Shown: piece after piece, positions 22,291 through 35,722 of the stretch
Position numbering within the stretch: the stretch's first letter is position 1
Layout: each line of letters opens with the position of its first letter
DNA from: Podarcis filfolensis
Lineage: Eukaryota
Direction: 5' to 3' (one strand)
Assembly (NCBI GenBank): GCA_964270895.1
Contig: OZ185436.1
DNA length: 64,000 nt
The notes under the pieces: generated by a model
What the model was told of the DNA's origin: nothing
Databases searched by the model: none
Seen by the model: only the letters and a program-made list of their open reading frames with translations
Made by a program: the position numbers and the translations under genes

Positions 22291-23329
22291 TGCAGTAGCG
22301 GAAAAAGTGGGTGTTTGGAAACATTATTCCGGAATACTAGCTGAAGGATGTGGGCATCTTGTGGCAACATGTCACCCCTCGCTAATAAAAAATAAAAATC
22401 CCTTCAGCAGCTATTCCACTATAAATAGTGAAGTGTTGAAAGGCCCACAGAGAAGGCGGCCAAGTATGGCTGCAACAGCAGCTTCAAACAATGGAGCATG
22501 GCCCCCGTGTGCAGGTGTCAAGGAAAGAACCATAGGCAGCATTACTGTGGAGTCTTCTACAGAGGATGCACATTAATTTAGTGGTATCTGCTGCCCATTG
22601 GGCATGGTAGGGCAGGGAGGACAACAGGAGATGGAGCCGGCACAGATGACAGGCGGAGCTTAGCACTCTCTTCCTCCCTGCCCTATAAGGGCAAAACAGC
22701 CTAAGGAGGAGGAGGTGGGCAGCCAGGACCACCCCATGGAAAGGCTGTAAGAAGTCATGCAGGTGGGGACTGGCTGAATGGAGACTGAGGTTGGTGGCGG
22801 AGTGATCCATCCACCCCAAAGGACCAACGTTCATTGCATAAATCCACTTTATGTATGGCCAACCTCATGAAGCAGCGGGGGGGGGGGAGAGAGATATGCA
22901 TTACACCGTCAGCACTTATCAAGAGGAAGGAGAAATGCTTGGTGCAATACACAAAGGTCACTCTCTGCAGCAATCTGTACCAGTGTCCAATGGGAAGTTA
23001 ACATGGTGCAATTGTGCTAGAGGTCTTTGCCGCTACTGATTTTAAATGCTAATAGAGGAAGGGCACATTGTGGCAATTAGCCTTGGTTGAGCTCTCTCTC
23101 GTGTCCCCATTTCCTGCAGCAAGTGCAGGAATGCTGCAACTCCCAGCCCCCCAAATGAATATCAGGGGATGTTTGGATGTTGCAAAGAAGGATGTCTGCT
23201 TTCTTCAAGACGCATACATGCATGGAACCTGCCACTGCACACAGATAGGCTTTCTTTGGAAATGTCTAAGAATTTTTGTTAATTTTGTTTGTGTTAAATA
23301 TGTATTCTGTAGTTGACCTTTGTAATGTT

Positions 23330-23525
23330 TTATTTTGATATCTTTAAGATAATATTTTAGCTTCTGTTAATTGTGTTGCTTTGTCTGTATACGTTATATT
23401 TGACTTTCTTCAGTAATGTGTTATTCTGGATTGTTTTATTGATGTTTTAATGTGCTGTGAACTGCTTTGAGATTTTTCTTAAAAATACAAAGTGGTATAG
23501 AAATGAAATGACTCATCATCATCAT
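23330..23525 (+). mobile_element. L2-type 3' tail remnant
   Basis: T-rich run, then gtgaactgctttgag..aaagtggtatagaaat, then (CAT)n. Confidence 0.5.
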
Positions 23526-25291
23526 CTTATCTTCTCCATGATTTTGTGGAAGAAGTTTTTTCCTCTTTGTACATTCTCAGCTAGCACTTTGTTGAGTGGG
23601 TTTGGACTGGTAATATTCCTCATTGTAAGAAAGATTCAGGGTCAGTTATAGAGATTTTAAGATAATCAAAACCACCACCAGAAACAGATTTCTCTCAATC
23701 CAGAGAAAGATCATTATCCTTAAACACCAACTGAAATCAATGAGATATGCTAGCTGAAATGAATAGGATGCAAGTGTAACTGAAGCTGCATTCCTCTGCA
23801 CATTTACATTTGGAGGGGGGTGCCTTTGAACACTGGGGAATATATTTCTGATAGAATCAGACCACTTGCTCAATCAGATCCAGAATCTTTAAGTGCTACC
23901 CATTCTAAATATTAACCCAGGTCTGCTGCCAATAGCACAATATCCCATCTTCACAAAATGGGTGAGTCAGAAAGCAGCTAGGCAAAACTGGTCCACCATT
24001 TCTGTGAAGGTAGGGATAGCTATGCTCATGCTTACCAGGAAACAAGAACCTTGCACTATGTGAGCACATCAGTATATGCATGATACAGCTGAGGGTTGTG
24101 TGGCCTTCAAGCAGTTCTTTAAAAATAAGCAAAGGCAGTGATGGTACAGGCACAGTCCAATAGGTGCTTGTGATACTTGTTCAGTCACATTCCCTGCAGC
24201 ACTCCCAATTGTAATTGATTGCACTAGGTTGGGGAAGGGTGGATGGGAATAGTATTTTCCTAGCAGCAAAATATTCTGGTTTGGAGCGTTTTGAAAATGT
24301 GATGTTCAGCAACAAAAATGCTGTCCTAAGACAAAATGTCTGGATACTCTGAGCACTCTCAAACTCATGTTGAGCATCCATCCTGACTTACTTGCAGAGG
24401 AGCAGATGAAGCTAACTACTTGTCATTCATTCTGGAGATTAGGGGCATTGCATTTCTAGCACACTTCTCTGCCATTTCCCTTATTGCAAGAAGCCTGATC
24501 TTTTGGGAAGGAGAGTCGTTTGTGCAAGACCTCCCAATCAACTAGAATTACACTGCCTGAATTGGTTGGTATGTGACCAAACCCCGCCTAAAAACAGCGC
24601 CCTTTGCAACACAAATGAGAACTGCACATTTGTGATGCTACCTACTGTCTGCAGATGGCCCATGTGATCTCAAACCCGCCTTCGGTTAAATTTAAGCAGC
24701 AAACCATCTTGGAGGCAACGTCAAGGGGTGGTCAGGGGGCGGATAATGCAACAGGCTGTTCTTGATTAGGAAAGACATGCCTGTGGAGCTGGTATGTGTG
24801 TCGCATGCCCTGCCCCTCTGCGCAAGAGGCAAGCCTTTGCCCTGGAGAGGTTCATCTGCCTGCCCTTCACCCATCGCAGCACAAAGACAAAGCAGAGGAA
24901 TGACGATCCAGCAGAACGGCATGTTTCTCACCACCTTTCCCCCCTTTCCTCCACATGGGCTGAATCAGCATTTCAGGGAAACCATGCAAATGCTGAATCG
25001 CCACAAGCTTATTTTGCCAGGCCTGCCTTGTGCGCATGAATGAGAATGCATGCTGCCAGATGGGGCTTAGGAACGAGAAGCAGAGCATGAGGGGAGACAT
25101 TTGCAAACGGGGGCATAGAAGGGGCAGGATGCAATGCCGTTTCTCCCCACCTGACTAAACTGATGTTGGAGAATCTCTCCCAAAATATATTTAAAAAACC
25201 ACCCCATAGAATCTAAAATTTAAAAATGGAAATAAAGACTAGTCCTCTTCCTTTTACTATATTAACCTGCTCTACCATTTTCAATGTATTC

Positions 25292-25381
25292 CAGCCTTCC
25301 TCAAACTCTTGCCGTCCTGGAGTTTTGGACTACAAATCTCATCAGCCTCAGCCAGCATGGGCACCACGTTGGGGAAGGGTG
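25292..25381. mobile_element. Palindromic hAT-type MITE (internally deleted)
   Basis: cagccttcctcaaact ... acgttggggaagggtg; flanks ATGTATTC / ATGTGTCC match 6 of 8 (decayed TSD). Confidence 0.65.
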
Positions 25382-26145
25382 ATGTGTCCCATAATACCTC
25401 ACTTCATTCTGTCACCGCTCCAAGCAAAAGGTCTACAACCTTATCTCCTAGCCATCATTCCTCTCTCCCTCTCTGTTTGTCTGTATAAATGAAATGGCTT
25501 TTTAAAAATTCAGCTGATTATCTTTAAGAATAAAATGGATAAAGGGTTTTTTTTTTAAATGCATTTTGTGTTCTGAGCATTTAGGTCACTTGCTTTTAAT
25601 CCCACTTTTAATCCTTTTTCTCTGCATCTGTGAGAACCAAAAGCATTTTTAAAATGGAATCTGAAGCTCTTAATTTCACGTGGAACTTCAGGTTTCTACA
25701 AGCCCACAAAAGGATGGAAATCAAGATTAAAGTGTATGAGCTGGCAGTGCAGGGCACCACCTTTTGCATATTGGCATACTCATTCCTCTGAACTCGTTCC
25801 TCCTTCACAGCAGAAGGCATGAAAAGCAGGGTGTTCCCCTGATTCCTCTCCTGCCTGGCAGGGCTTTCTATCAGCAGGGCACGCCTATGCCAGCCAGGGG
25901 AGGAGGAGAAGGGAGACAGGCAGGCGAAAAAGCTGCACCCTGGGGAGCGAGGCATTGCCCAAGCATGCCTGGCACAGTCAACAGCACGGCAGCAGGCGCT
26001 ATTGCCAGCAACCTCCTTGCACAACAGAAATGGGGGTTGGGTCAAAGTATGGACCCTTTGCAAATCTGCTGGGTATTCTGCATCCACCCTTTGAGACGAA
26101 GCTATCTTGGAGTGGGTCAGCCCAACATTTGTGGCATTTCTCCCA

Positions 26146-26532
26146 TAGGGAAGAATGATTCTGTCCATTTCAGTTTCTCCCAGTTACTCTCCAGTTCAGT
26201 TCTGCATACTTTAACATTAGTTTGCATTTATTATTATTTTAAACCCTCTTTTGCATTTTAGTGCAAATTTCTCATAACATACACATTTCTGTATGATACT
26301 TTACCCAGTATGCACTTTTTTTGCAAAGCAATTTTCTCTAATGTAATACGTTTTTCATGTTATTTTGATTCATTTATGTACTTTATAGTCATACTTTACC
26401 CTAGTGCGTTCGTTCTGTAAACACTAGTTGCCTGCAAAATTCGCAGAAGTGTGAATTTTGACAGGTGGCTGTGTTTCGGTTTGCCTACGGTTTTGGAACA
26501 TGCATTTGAAATGAATTTCTCCCTGATCCCTA
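26146..26532 (-). mobile_element. TAGGGA..TCCCTA-terminated DNA element, copy 2
   Basis: Termini taggga.. / ..gatcccta; reverse-complement similarity to 4824-5253. Confidence 0.65.
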
Positions 26533-29500
26533 CCTCCCAGTAGTTTGGGAGTTGAGGACAGACAAATGGGTCCTAAACCCTCATCATGGTGGGGAGGGGC
26601 AGCAGATCCTCTCCCTGCTTCCCTTGCCCCCTTACAAAACTTAAGAAGCGCATTTCTCCACAAAGGGCAATTGAGAAGGAGCAGACTTCCCTGTGTTTGC
26701 CTTAGTTAGGACCCCAGGGGTTCTTCCTCCATTCTGCATTGACAGCAGTTTCCACAGAATCTGGCAGATGCTACAGAAGATAGTAGCGGCTGCACAATGT
26801 CAATCACGAGGACATCAGAGTCACATCCAGTCAGGATACCCAAGGCAGTAGCTAGGCAAGGCAATAACCTCCAGCCATCGCTTTTGGAGCACACTGTATC
26901 CTCATGATGTGATCCCTGCCCAATGTTTGTTCCACATTCTTGCCTTATATATTAGAAATATCAAATGAACAACCATTTGAACTCCTGATCCTTACTCATA
27001 TTGAAGACAGAACATGATATATATCACTACAGAGTCATGAGAAGAACAATACCACCACACTTCTTTTATAGAACACAGATATCTAGTGTCTGGTAAAAGG
27101 GAAAAATGGATTTTTATCTCTCCCTGGGTAAGGTGATTAAAGTGCTCTGTTGCCTAGTGCAACAAATCTGCTTTAGAAAATCAACCAACCACTTTTTGCT
27201 GTTAGGAAAGTGATGAGGAGGCAAAGTGTCCAACAGTGCAGCTGGGGCCATCCAACCCTCCAATAGGAAGGCAGCAGGATTCTGCACCAGCTGAAAGTCT
27301 TGTCCCACCCAGAGGCCGTGACAGCTAGGCCCACAATGTCCTCATGCAGCCAAGTACTAAAGACAGGTTCTGAGTTGAAAGTGGGCATGTGCAGAGAACG
27401 ATGGGGATCCTGTGCCTTTAGCAGATGGGCAGAGGAGGGAATTTCCACTGGGGGGGGTGATTCTCCCTCTAACGTGACTTGCTGTGTGTGGAATTCCAGC
27501 AGCTATGAAAGGTGTCCAGGGCAACAAGGGAGGGATGGAGGCCTGTTCACTGTTGAATCAGGTTACTCTGAGTGGGTTGGTTGGTTGGATGCAGGCAGGA
27601 CTTGAACATTTCTGTACATACAGCCGAGGCCAAAAGCCTTTCCCCCTACAGACTATATACATCAATCATGCTTTCAGGAAGCTAAATGTCTCTGGCCTTT
27701 TAGAACTTGCCCTGCAATTGATCCCACAGGGGGAGGGAGTGCTTCTCCCACCTCTTTCCAAAGCCTGCCCCATAGCTTCTTCTTTTTTACCTTTTGCATG
27801 CAATGCTGAACTTTGCTCCTTTAACTAGCTATGAAATGTTAGGAGACTGGATGACGGAAAACGCACACATCCTGGGAGTCGAGCATTTGCAACAATAAAA
27901 CCAACCAACCCTGGAGTAAATAATTTGGCAAGTGGAGTCGAGTTCAGTTTGTATGAAGTGGGAGGGAGCTGGGTCAGAGGGATTATTGTGTGTTTGGGCA
28001 AAGGCAAGCTCCTTTCTAAGCGCTCAGCTTGGCTCCCTCAGCTGCTCTCGCCTCCCTCCCCCTACCTTACAGTGGAAAAGCGCAAGGCATACAATTAAGC
28101 AGAGAATTATAGCCTAATTGCCCTTTCTCCAATCCATCTGCTCGGAGTGTATTGGAAACAGTCTTTAGGGCTGTTGCTACAAGCTTTTAGCCAAATGTAC
28201 ACCATAGACCTCTGGGGCGCTCCTCTCTCCCTTTGTGAGCCAGGCAAGCTCAGAGAGCCACAGGAGCCAGCAGGCCGCCCTCCAACAACGTACATTCAGG
28301 CAGCCTTTGCAAAAAAAGGGGGGAGGGTGAAATGTTCCCCTCCTCTTCTGTAGCACCATTCTTCCAATGCGGCCTTGCCCATTTCCTCATTCTGTTCTTG
28401 GGCCTCCAGTGCGGGGTGCCAGCTTATGATTTCAAAGATCTTGGCATGTAGGTAGTGGAGTAAGGGGGTGATTCCCTCAAGCACAGAGTCAACAGGGAGC
28501 CCAGAGGTAGATTCGTTTCACCATTCAATGTTTTCAGTATGCTTGGTACGAAACCTGAATAGCAGTCCACCTGACCTTAGAAGGCTCCAGCTGCGAATAA
28601 GTGCCACAGCCTCTGCTGCCAGGCTCCCCCAAGGACCACAGCTCTCTTCCAATTAGAAAATAGTGCAAGTGGTTGTGCAGCAAGTAAGTCTACACACAGG
28701 GGAGTCATGAGTCACGACACATCTACAGGGGCAAGAGTAGACTCTCTGGGAAGGATTCACCTAATCCATCCCATCAACAGAAGCCCTGTGTAAGGACATC
28801 TGCTAGCACAGTGGGGCTCCCCCCGCCACCTAAAATGGAGGTGGGAGAACCCCCAGAACAGCACATGGGGGAGGGGAATTGTCCCATCAGGCAAGCTTGT
28901 GATTTTACCTGCCCAGAATGTGCCCTTAATCTGTGGCAATCCCTCATTTGCCTGGATGGAGGATGGAGAGGTGTGTGTGTGTGTGTGAACACACTCGCTT
29001 TGGCCACACCCACCACTGGTACACAGCCCCTGGAAGGTGGCCTATGAGGTAATGTTGAGAAAAGGTTCTCCACTTCTTCTCTGAACACTCACGGAATAGG
29101 AACACTCTGCTGAAGAATAATGCTTAACACTCCAGCTTTTGAGTAGCAAATGCACGCGCCAATAAATTCTTCAACCTCCAATTAGAAAATGTTTTAAGCC
29201 TCAAGAAAACATTCCTCAGGAAGTCTAGGCTTCCTCACACATTATGTATCTCTAGACACATGCCTAGAATATCATGTGCAAATGGAACGAGCATGTCCTT
29301 GTAGGCTGTGTCCCACAGGCCTGACATTGGTTCCAACTGGATGCCTCACTTGCTGGGCTCCGACTCTGACTGGCAGCCTAGCATAGCTTGCTTGGCTGTT
29401 CTGTGTTCATGTTTACAGCAAAGTTCTTAAAATGCTTCATCCCTGCATGTCACTAAAGGGTCCACTTGGCACTTTGGCAGCTTACAGCTCATGTGCAAGA

Positions 29501-29562
29501 ATTTGGGCATGTACAGTAAGTTAATACTGAAGTAGGCCACCTCTTGTGCACATGCACGGAGA

Positions 29563-29706
29563 CATAGATGCCATCTCGCGCCAAAGATTGTGGGTGCCTG
29601 AAACAAAGGGCTGCACTTTGCCCATTGACTTTGTGGGGGCCCAGCCCCACAAGTATACTGTTGTGGGTGTCGAAGCAGCCATGGCCCCCTGGAGTTGGCT
29701 CCAGTG
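29563..29706. mobile_element. hAT MITE with 8-bp TSD
   Basis: TIR-like catagatgccatctc / gagttggctccagtg; flanks CACGGAGA / CATGGAGA (7 of 8, CpG-type change). Confidence 0.7.
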
Positions 29707-31004
29707 CATGGAGAAAATAAGGATGGAGGAAATATATTTTTGTCTCCTTTAAAATTATTGCAAACAGGCATACAGGCCAGATTTCCCATTGGCATCTGTA
29801 CATCTACTCCAACACTCCACATGATCCTTGGACCCTCATTTTGACACTTAGCTGGTTTATTCTATTTGCAGAGCAAACAGTCCCTCTTTGCTGTCAGATA
29901 AGGCTGTACCGGATCTCTGGCTAGGCAGCTGGAAGCTGGCAGAAAACAGGGCTCAGCGCTTCTGGTGCCTCCCTGCCTGCTTTCACTTCCCCAGGTGGTT
30001 TTCCATTTAGATATCCAGCTTCGAGTCTTCTGCATTTTGATGAACAGCACCCAGTTGTGCAAATGCAGGATTGCCCCTCATTCACCTCATCAGCTCAAAG
30101 CATTCTTCTATGTCATGTGGGATGACTCCCTAAGGAGGCCTAGCCAACAACCAAAGCTTCTCCTTAGCTTCTCTGAACAGGTATCTTGCTTGGGCTTGCA
30201 ACCAAGGCCAGCTCAGTCATACCCTTCCCACTTGATGGGCTAAAGAAAACCACGAGCAGCCCAGCTACTTGTGTAAGGGGGGGGGAATAGATGCTACTGT
30301 TAGGAAGGGTTAACGCTCGATGACATGACACTCAATACAGCTGGAACACTTGGGTATTAAAACATAACCCACGACCAACTCCCTTCTGAAAAATCGTGTG
30401 TGAAGCCACCTTGCATTGCACATACAAGGAAGATTCAATATTAACACACCAGCTCTTCTCTGGGGAGAAACCTACTGCAAAAAAATGGAGGAGGGGGATA
30501 TAAACCTGATATATCAGAAAGGGATCCTAGGTTGCCAAGATTCATACTCCAGACAGCAAAACACTTGTGCAGAAAAGCACTGACAATTGTTTCCCCTTTA
30601 TTGTAGTCATAGTTATGAAGGGGGGAGGGGGAGAGAAGACTCACAACCAACTGTAGACAGGTGGTAGTCGAGAAATAAGTGGTTCAACTGGTTGAGCAGT
30701 GCTAAGCAACCGTTGATCTATTGAAATAAATTAATTATTAATTTAAACCATAGAGATTAAAATCCACAAGGCAGGGCAAGGATGACAACGCCTGGAAAAT
30801 CCCTCTCAAATACTGATGCATGTGAAATTCAGTAGAAATGTTTGTTCCTATTGGTGCCAAAGGCTTCTGAACCTTCCACTCCTGCTTTTATAATCACACA
30901 ATATACGTGTTTACTATGGCTTACTAACTCTGGGGATGTGCGTGAGAAAGAGTGTTAATGTCCCCAAGAAAGAACACTTAAAATAGGGATGGGGAAGCTG
31001 TGTC

Positions 31005-31125
31005 TGCCCCCCCTCCCAGATGTTGCCAGATGACAAATCCCAACATCCCTTCTCATTGGCCTTGCTGGCTGGGACTGATTGGAGCTGGAGCTCAACAACA
31101 TCTGAAGGACCATGGCTCCTCCATC
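31005..31125. mobile_element. Degenerate palindromic hAT-type MITE
   Basis: ctcccagatgttg..cccaacatccc..cattggcc..ctgattggagctggag..caacatctgaagg; similar copies at 13297-13381, 31880-31985 and 35085-35210. Confidence 0.55.
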
Positions 31126-32539
31126 CTTGGATTAAACAACAGGAACAATAATATCATTTCCACACCCACCCACCCCTTAAAATTAGTTACGGTTGGTTGA
31201 GATTCATAAAATAAGAAGCAAGTCAAGAGTTTGGTGATGAGTTATAAGGGAAAGGGTGGATAGCTATGGAGAAAAAAATTCTCTTTTCACGGGGTTTCTC
31301 CAGGACCTAAGAGGCAGCTTCTGTACCATGAAAATAAATAGCTTGCAATGGGATTTGAGTTGGAGCTCCTATTCAAAATGGAGGAGGAGGGCAGGAGAGA
31401 CAAATTGCTTTGGATTAGTGGCAGGCCATGCAGAAATCTACTTGATGTTTTGCAGAGGGGGTGGGCAAGTCCTCCAGCCTGTGCAAGGCAGCTCATAGTC
31501 AAAGCCTTTCATGGCCCAGGGCAGGCTCCCCACCTCCAAAGTTCAGACAACAGTAGGAGTAGAAGGAGCTGCATAATGTTGGGTGCTGAACGCCTCTGCC
31601 CCTTTCACTGCATTTACCCCCTTCAGACAAGCGACACCTCAAGAGGGTTACAGAAAGGGAAATAACCATGCGTTGCTGCTGTGGACTAGTGATTACAACT
31701 TGAAAATTTCCTCTTTACCACAGTTACTTCACAGTCCTACAAAGTGCACACTCTCTACATTGCAGCATGCTTTCCACATGTTTTCAAATCCCTTTAATTG
31801 TTCCCTCTTTTGCAGAGGCCACAATCTACGATCATAAGGGAACCCATTGCTTCAAGTCAGGTCAGAGCAAGGGTGAAGAAGCTCTCCCGATGTTGCTGGA
31901 GTACAATTCTCACCACCCCTGGCCAATGGCCATTCTGGCTGAGGCTGATGGGATCTGGAAGATCTGAGAGGACCACATGTCCCTGGGCCAGAGGATGACC
32001 ATGCTTGCTATCTGATTGTGATCTCAGGCTGTCATATACATGTGTATTGTGTATCCTTATATCCTCATTGCTTTAGCAAGCTATTATGGACTGCTTGTGG
32101 TTAAGTCAATGAAGGCCTAGATGGTGCCTAAGCTAGACTGAGTGGCAAGTTTGCTGAGAGACACAGAAGGAGGAGGAGGATTCCAAACAAGAGGTAGTCA
32201 TAATATGCTCCGGCCAAGAATGTGCTCTCTCTCCAAGTCACACCCTGATGTCTTGCATTCTCATACCATACCCTAAATGGACTACAGCTAAAAGCTGGCA
32301 AATACAACCTTGAAATATCAACTAGGAATGCAACAGTGCGAGGCCCAAACCAAAAGAGGGTGCCCTTCCACAGAACTAACTCCATCATGATAACCTAGTT
32401 CTCAAAAAGTTTCCTTCACACACTCATTGGACTTGATGGCAGCCAGCTCAGAGAAATGACTTGGCCAAAGTGTGTGGGCTGGTCCTGCATCATAAGCAGC
32501 TCCTATGAAAGGACCTCATGTATCTGTGAATGAACTGGG

Positions 32540-32702
32540 TCACGCGGTTGTAGAGGGAGGCACACATGGGTAGGTGTGCTGGTGCATGCAGAAGGTCCAG
32601 GTTTCATCCCTGGGATCTCTAAGCAGGGCAAGGAGAGCCACAGCTGGCACTGAGCGAGATGGGCAAGTGGTCTGACTTGGTGTAAGGCAGTTTCTTCTAT
32701 GC
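32540..32702 (+). mobile_element. tRNA-head SINE, second family
   Basis: gcatgcagaaggtccaggtttcatccctggg..gtggtctgacttggtgtaaggcagtttct. Confidence 0.6.
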
Positions 32703-32711
32703 AGTGTAGCC

Positions 32712-32952
32712 TGCTTAGGAGTGATAGGAAAATTTGACAAATCCATTGAGAGGAAGGCCATCAAAGGCTACTAGCCATAATGACTGGGCTCCGCCTCCAC
32801 AGAGGCAGGAATGCTTCTGAATTGCAAACGCTGGAAGTTGCAGGAGAGGAGAGGGCTCTTGTCCTGCTTGTAGGTTTCCCACAGGCATCTGGGTGGCCAC
32901 TGACAGATCAGGAGGCCATTGGCCTGATCCAGCAGCTCCCTTTTCTGTACTT
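32712..32952 (+). mobile_element. CR1 LINE 3' end
   Basis: gacaaatccattgag..ggctactagcca..ggtttcccacaggcatctgggtggccactg..ggccattggcctgatccagcag..tactta, typical squamate CR1 3'UTR. Confidence 0.75.
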
Positions 32953-35616
32953 ACAGAACCACCAAAGCAGGTGTTGTGTCCAAACTTAGGTTTACGGCAC
33001 CACCACGGATTAATAGCTTAAAAACAAAAACCCGAAGCAGCTTATAACTAGGAAGTCCAGCATATGCAGAGCCAAGCTGGCTACATTTCTGGTGTTGCGA
33101 TGTTGCTAAAAGCAGCAGCACTTGTTTACAAGGAAAACAGGAAGTGGACAGATTGCATTAGGAACTGGTCAAGGGACATTGAGGCGCAGGAATGGGGTAA
33201 GATTTTGGCACTGTCATGGGAAAGACAGGGAAATCTTCTATAGAGTAGACTGTGGCTATTTGTATCACCTTTTATAAAGGTAGTAAGTTTTTATCTGGGC
33301 TTGCTTGCACATCTATATCAACAAATAGCAGCTGCCCAGAAGAACAGGTCTGATCAGATGCAGAACAGCTAATCCTCTCATCTTGCTTTTCCTGAAGAGG
33401 GGTCAGCAGTGCCTACAGCCAAGTAGGGAGCAATAATCTGAAGCACATGGAGGCTTTACGCTTGAGCTGAAGATGATTGTCACAGAAGATGACAAGGACA
33501 CAGCCCCCACCCTCTCCTGCAAACACCTGGTATACCTAGGTGGACAACTGAAGAAATAGGTGGACACAGAGAAATATGAAATTACCATTTATGTCACATT
33601 TCCAATGTTCAAACTATTTCACATACATCAAAGTAATCCTAAAAGCCCTGAGGTAGGCCAACATTATCCCCAATAGGAGACAGATAGTGACAAAGGCATT
33701 ATAAATATCCAGTACGAATCTTTTTTCGTGTTGCATCCAGTTTATGAAACAGTACATCCTATACAAGACTCAAGACTAATCTTTGCTTAATTCTATAGTT
33801 CCAAGTTCTATCCAAATCCTAACCACATTTTAAGTTCTGCAGGATTCAGTGGAATTTACCGCTGAGTAAATAGTTCAAGCAAGCATGGGATAGGATTTAT
33901 TGCTGAGTATCATTTTAACCATCAGTGCAGTACCACCACAGATAGAAGACGAGCCCCCCAAGTTATCCTTGACAGCATCATAAAGCTGGCCAGCTTTATG
34001 GCCAGCCCTTCTAGACACAATGCTCTTGACCAGCTCATGTTATTTTGCTGCCTAAGAATGATCAGCAAATGACTGCCCCACAAGTCAATGTACATGGTGC
34101 ACAAGGCTAGTTATTTTGGCACTAGAGGCAGAAAAATCCCACAAATGCATCTTGCCAATCATTTGCTGGTCTTTCACAGCATCCAAAGCCAGCTGCCCAA
34201 AGAAGACATCTCACTTTGCCTAATAGTAAGGTGAGCTCTGCTCTTGTTCTTACTAACAAAACTGGAATACAGGGAAGAAAACTGCATGTTAATAGTTTAA
34301 ATCCTTTCCAAAACTTGAGATGAATGTATACAGAGACTTAAGACATTATTAAAAGCAAAAACCTCTTATTGTGCAGTTTTCGTATTTAACTATCCCTTTT
34401 CATATGGAACATTATGAAAAGCAGTGAGCTTTCAAATGAAGCAGCTACAAGTTTTTCCTGTAGAATTGGGGCTTTTGGCTCAAGCCTATGCTAAACTTAC
34501 TGTTTGCTTTTGGAACACCCAGCCCACAGGAGACTTTGGGAAAGTAAAAATATCACTCTTTGCTCAGGAGTTATGAAATCATATCATGTCTCAGAATGTA
34601 TCCATGGGATTGCATCACCCATGATATCTGTAGTTCCCTGGACCTTAACGTGGTTCCAGGCATGGGGATGAAGCAGCCCTTCCTATTTGGGCTTCCTGTC
34701 TGTGCTTGTCCATCTACAACCAAAATACATCTATCTCTTCCAGAGGAAGTTGCACAAGCGGTCTCCACATTAGGATCTTGTGCGACTCATGATGAGAGGA
34801 AATGTGGAAGCTCTATCATGGATGGGACTGAGAAGTACAGAAGGCAAGCAGCACAAAGCAGCTGCCATTCTTCAGCTATCTCTGTCCCAAATAGTTTGTG
34901 TGTGTTGAATCATGGATAATCATCTCAAAACTGATACAGTCTGTCCGGCATCCTGTCCTCAATTAGCATGCTATTTCTTGTTTCTAGGTACTAGCCATCA
35001 CATAGCATCCCTAGCTTGTTAGGGCAAGCTGACCAATCCCTCATCATACCCCCTTTCCAAGCCACTCCATAGCCATAGGCCAAGGACAGGAAACATCTGG
35101 CCCTCCAGATGTGGTTGGAACTCTCATCATCCTTGACTAGTATCTTTGCTGTCTGGGTCTGTTGGGAGCCCAATGGTATTTGGAGGATCCCAAGTTTCCC
35201 CACTCTTGTACTAGACCTTTGACAAAAATAGTTGCATGAATTTATCTGTCTCCACTCATTCAGCACATGAACACATGACTCAATTTCTTCTGGCTGCGGG
35301 AGGTGAGGTGTTTCCAAACTTGCACAACGCCAACTTCACGATCCCATGGAAACATCTCAGGGTGTGGCCCCCCTTTTCTGCATATCACATCACAATCAAC
35401 TGGAGTGTGTATGGGTGGCAGCATGTATTCAGCATTCTTATGAAGCAAACCTGAACCCACACCCTGAGAGAAATGCTTAGGAAAGGGAAAGCACACCAAG
35501 GTGAGTACACAGGAACAAATTTGGAAAGCTGAAACAAAGAAGAAATGTGGGAATGGAAGGTGAAGGAAACATTTTGAGAGCACAAACATTTCCTGCATAG
35601 ATATCTCAAACTTTAA

Positions 35617-35722
35617 GGCTGGATCCAGACTTAGCCATGAGTATACTAATCTTTAGCTAAGCATGACTTAACTTTTAAGTCATATTGGTACTACAAGTAT
35701 GACTAAGTCAGGATCCAATCCA
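35617..35722. repeat. Palindromic MITE-like element
   Basis: ggatccagacttagcca ... tgactaagtcaggatcc, with an inner aagcatgactta / taagtcatatt inversion. Confidence 0.6.

Noticed and set aside
25608-26261. Overlapping 186-aa and 165-aa antisense ORFs
   Set aside because: They run into a DNA-transposon remnant, and the composition is unlike real proteins.
28296-28511. Protein-looking frame (LEGITPLLHYLHAKIFEIISWHPALEAQEQNEEMGKAALEEW)
   Set aside because: No ATG or acceptor at its start and no family I can name. A tblastn would be needed before any claim.
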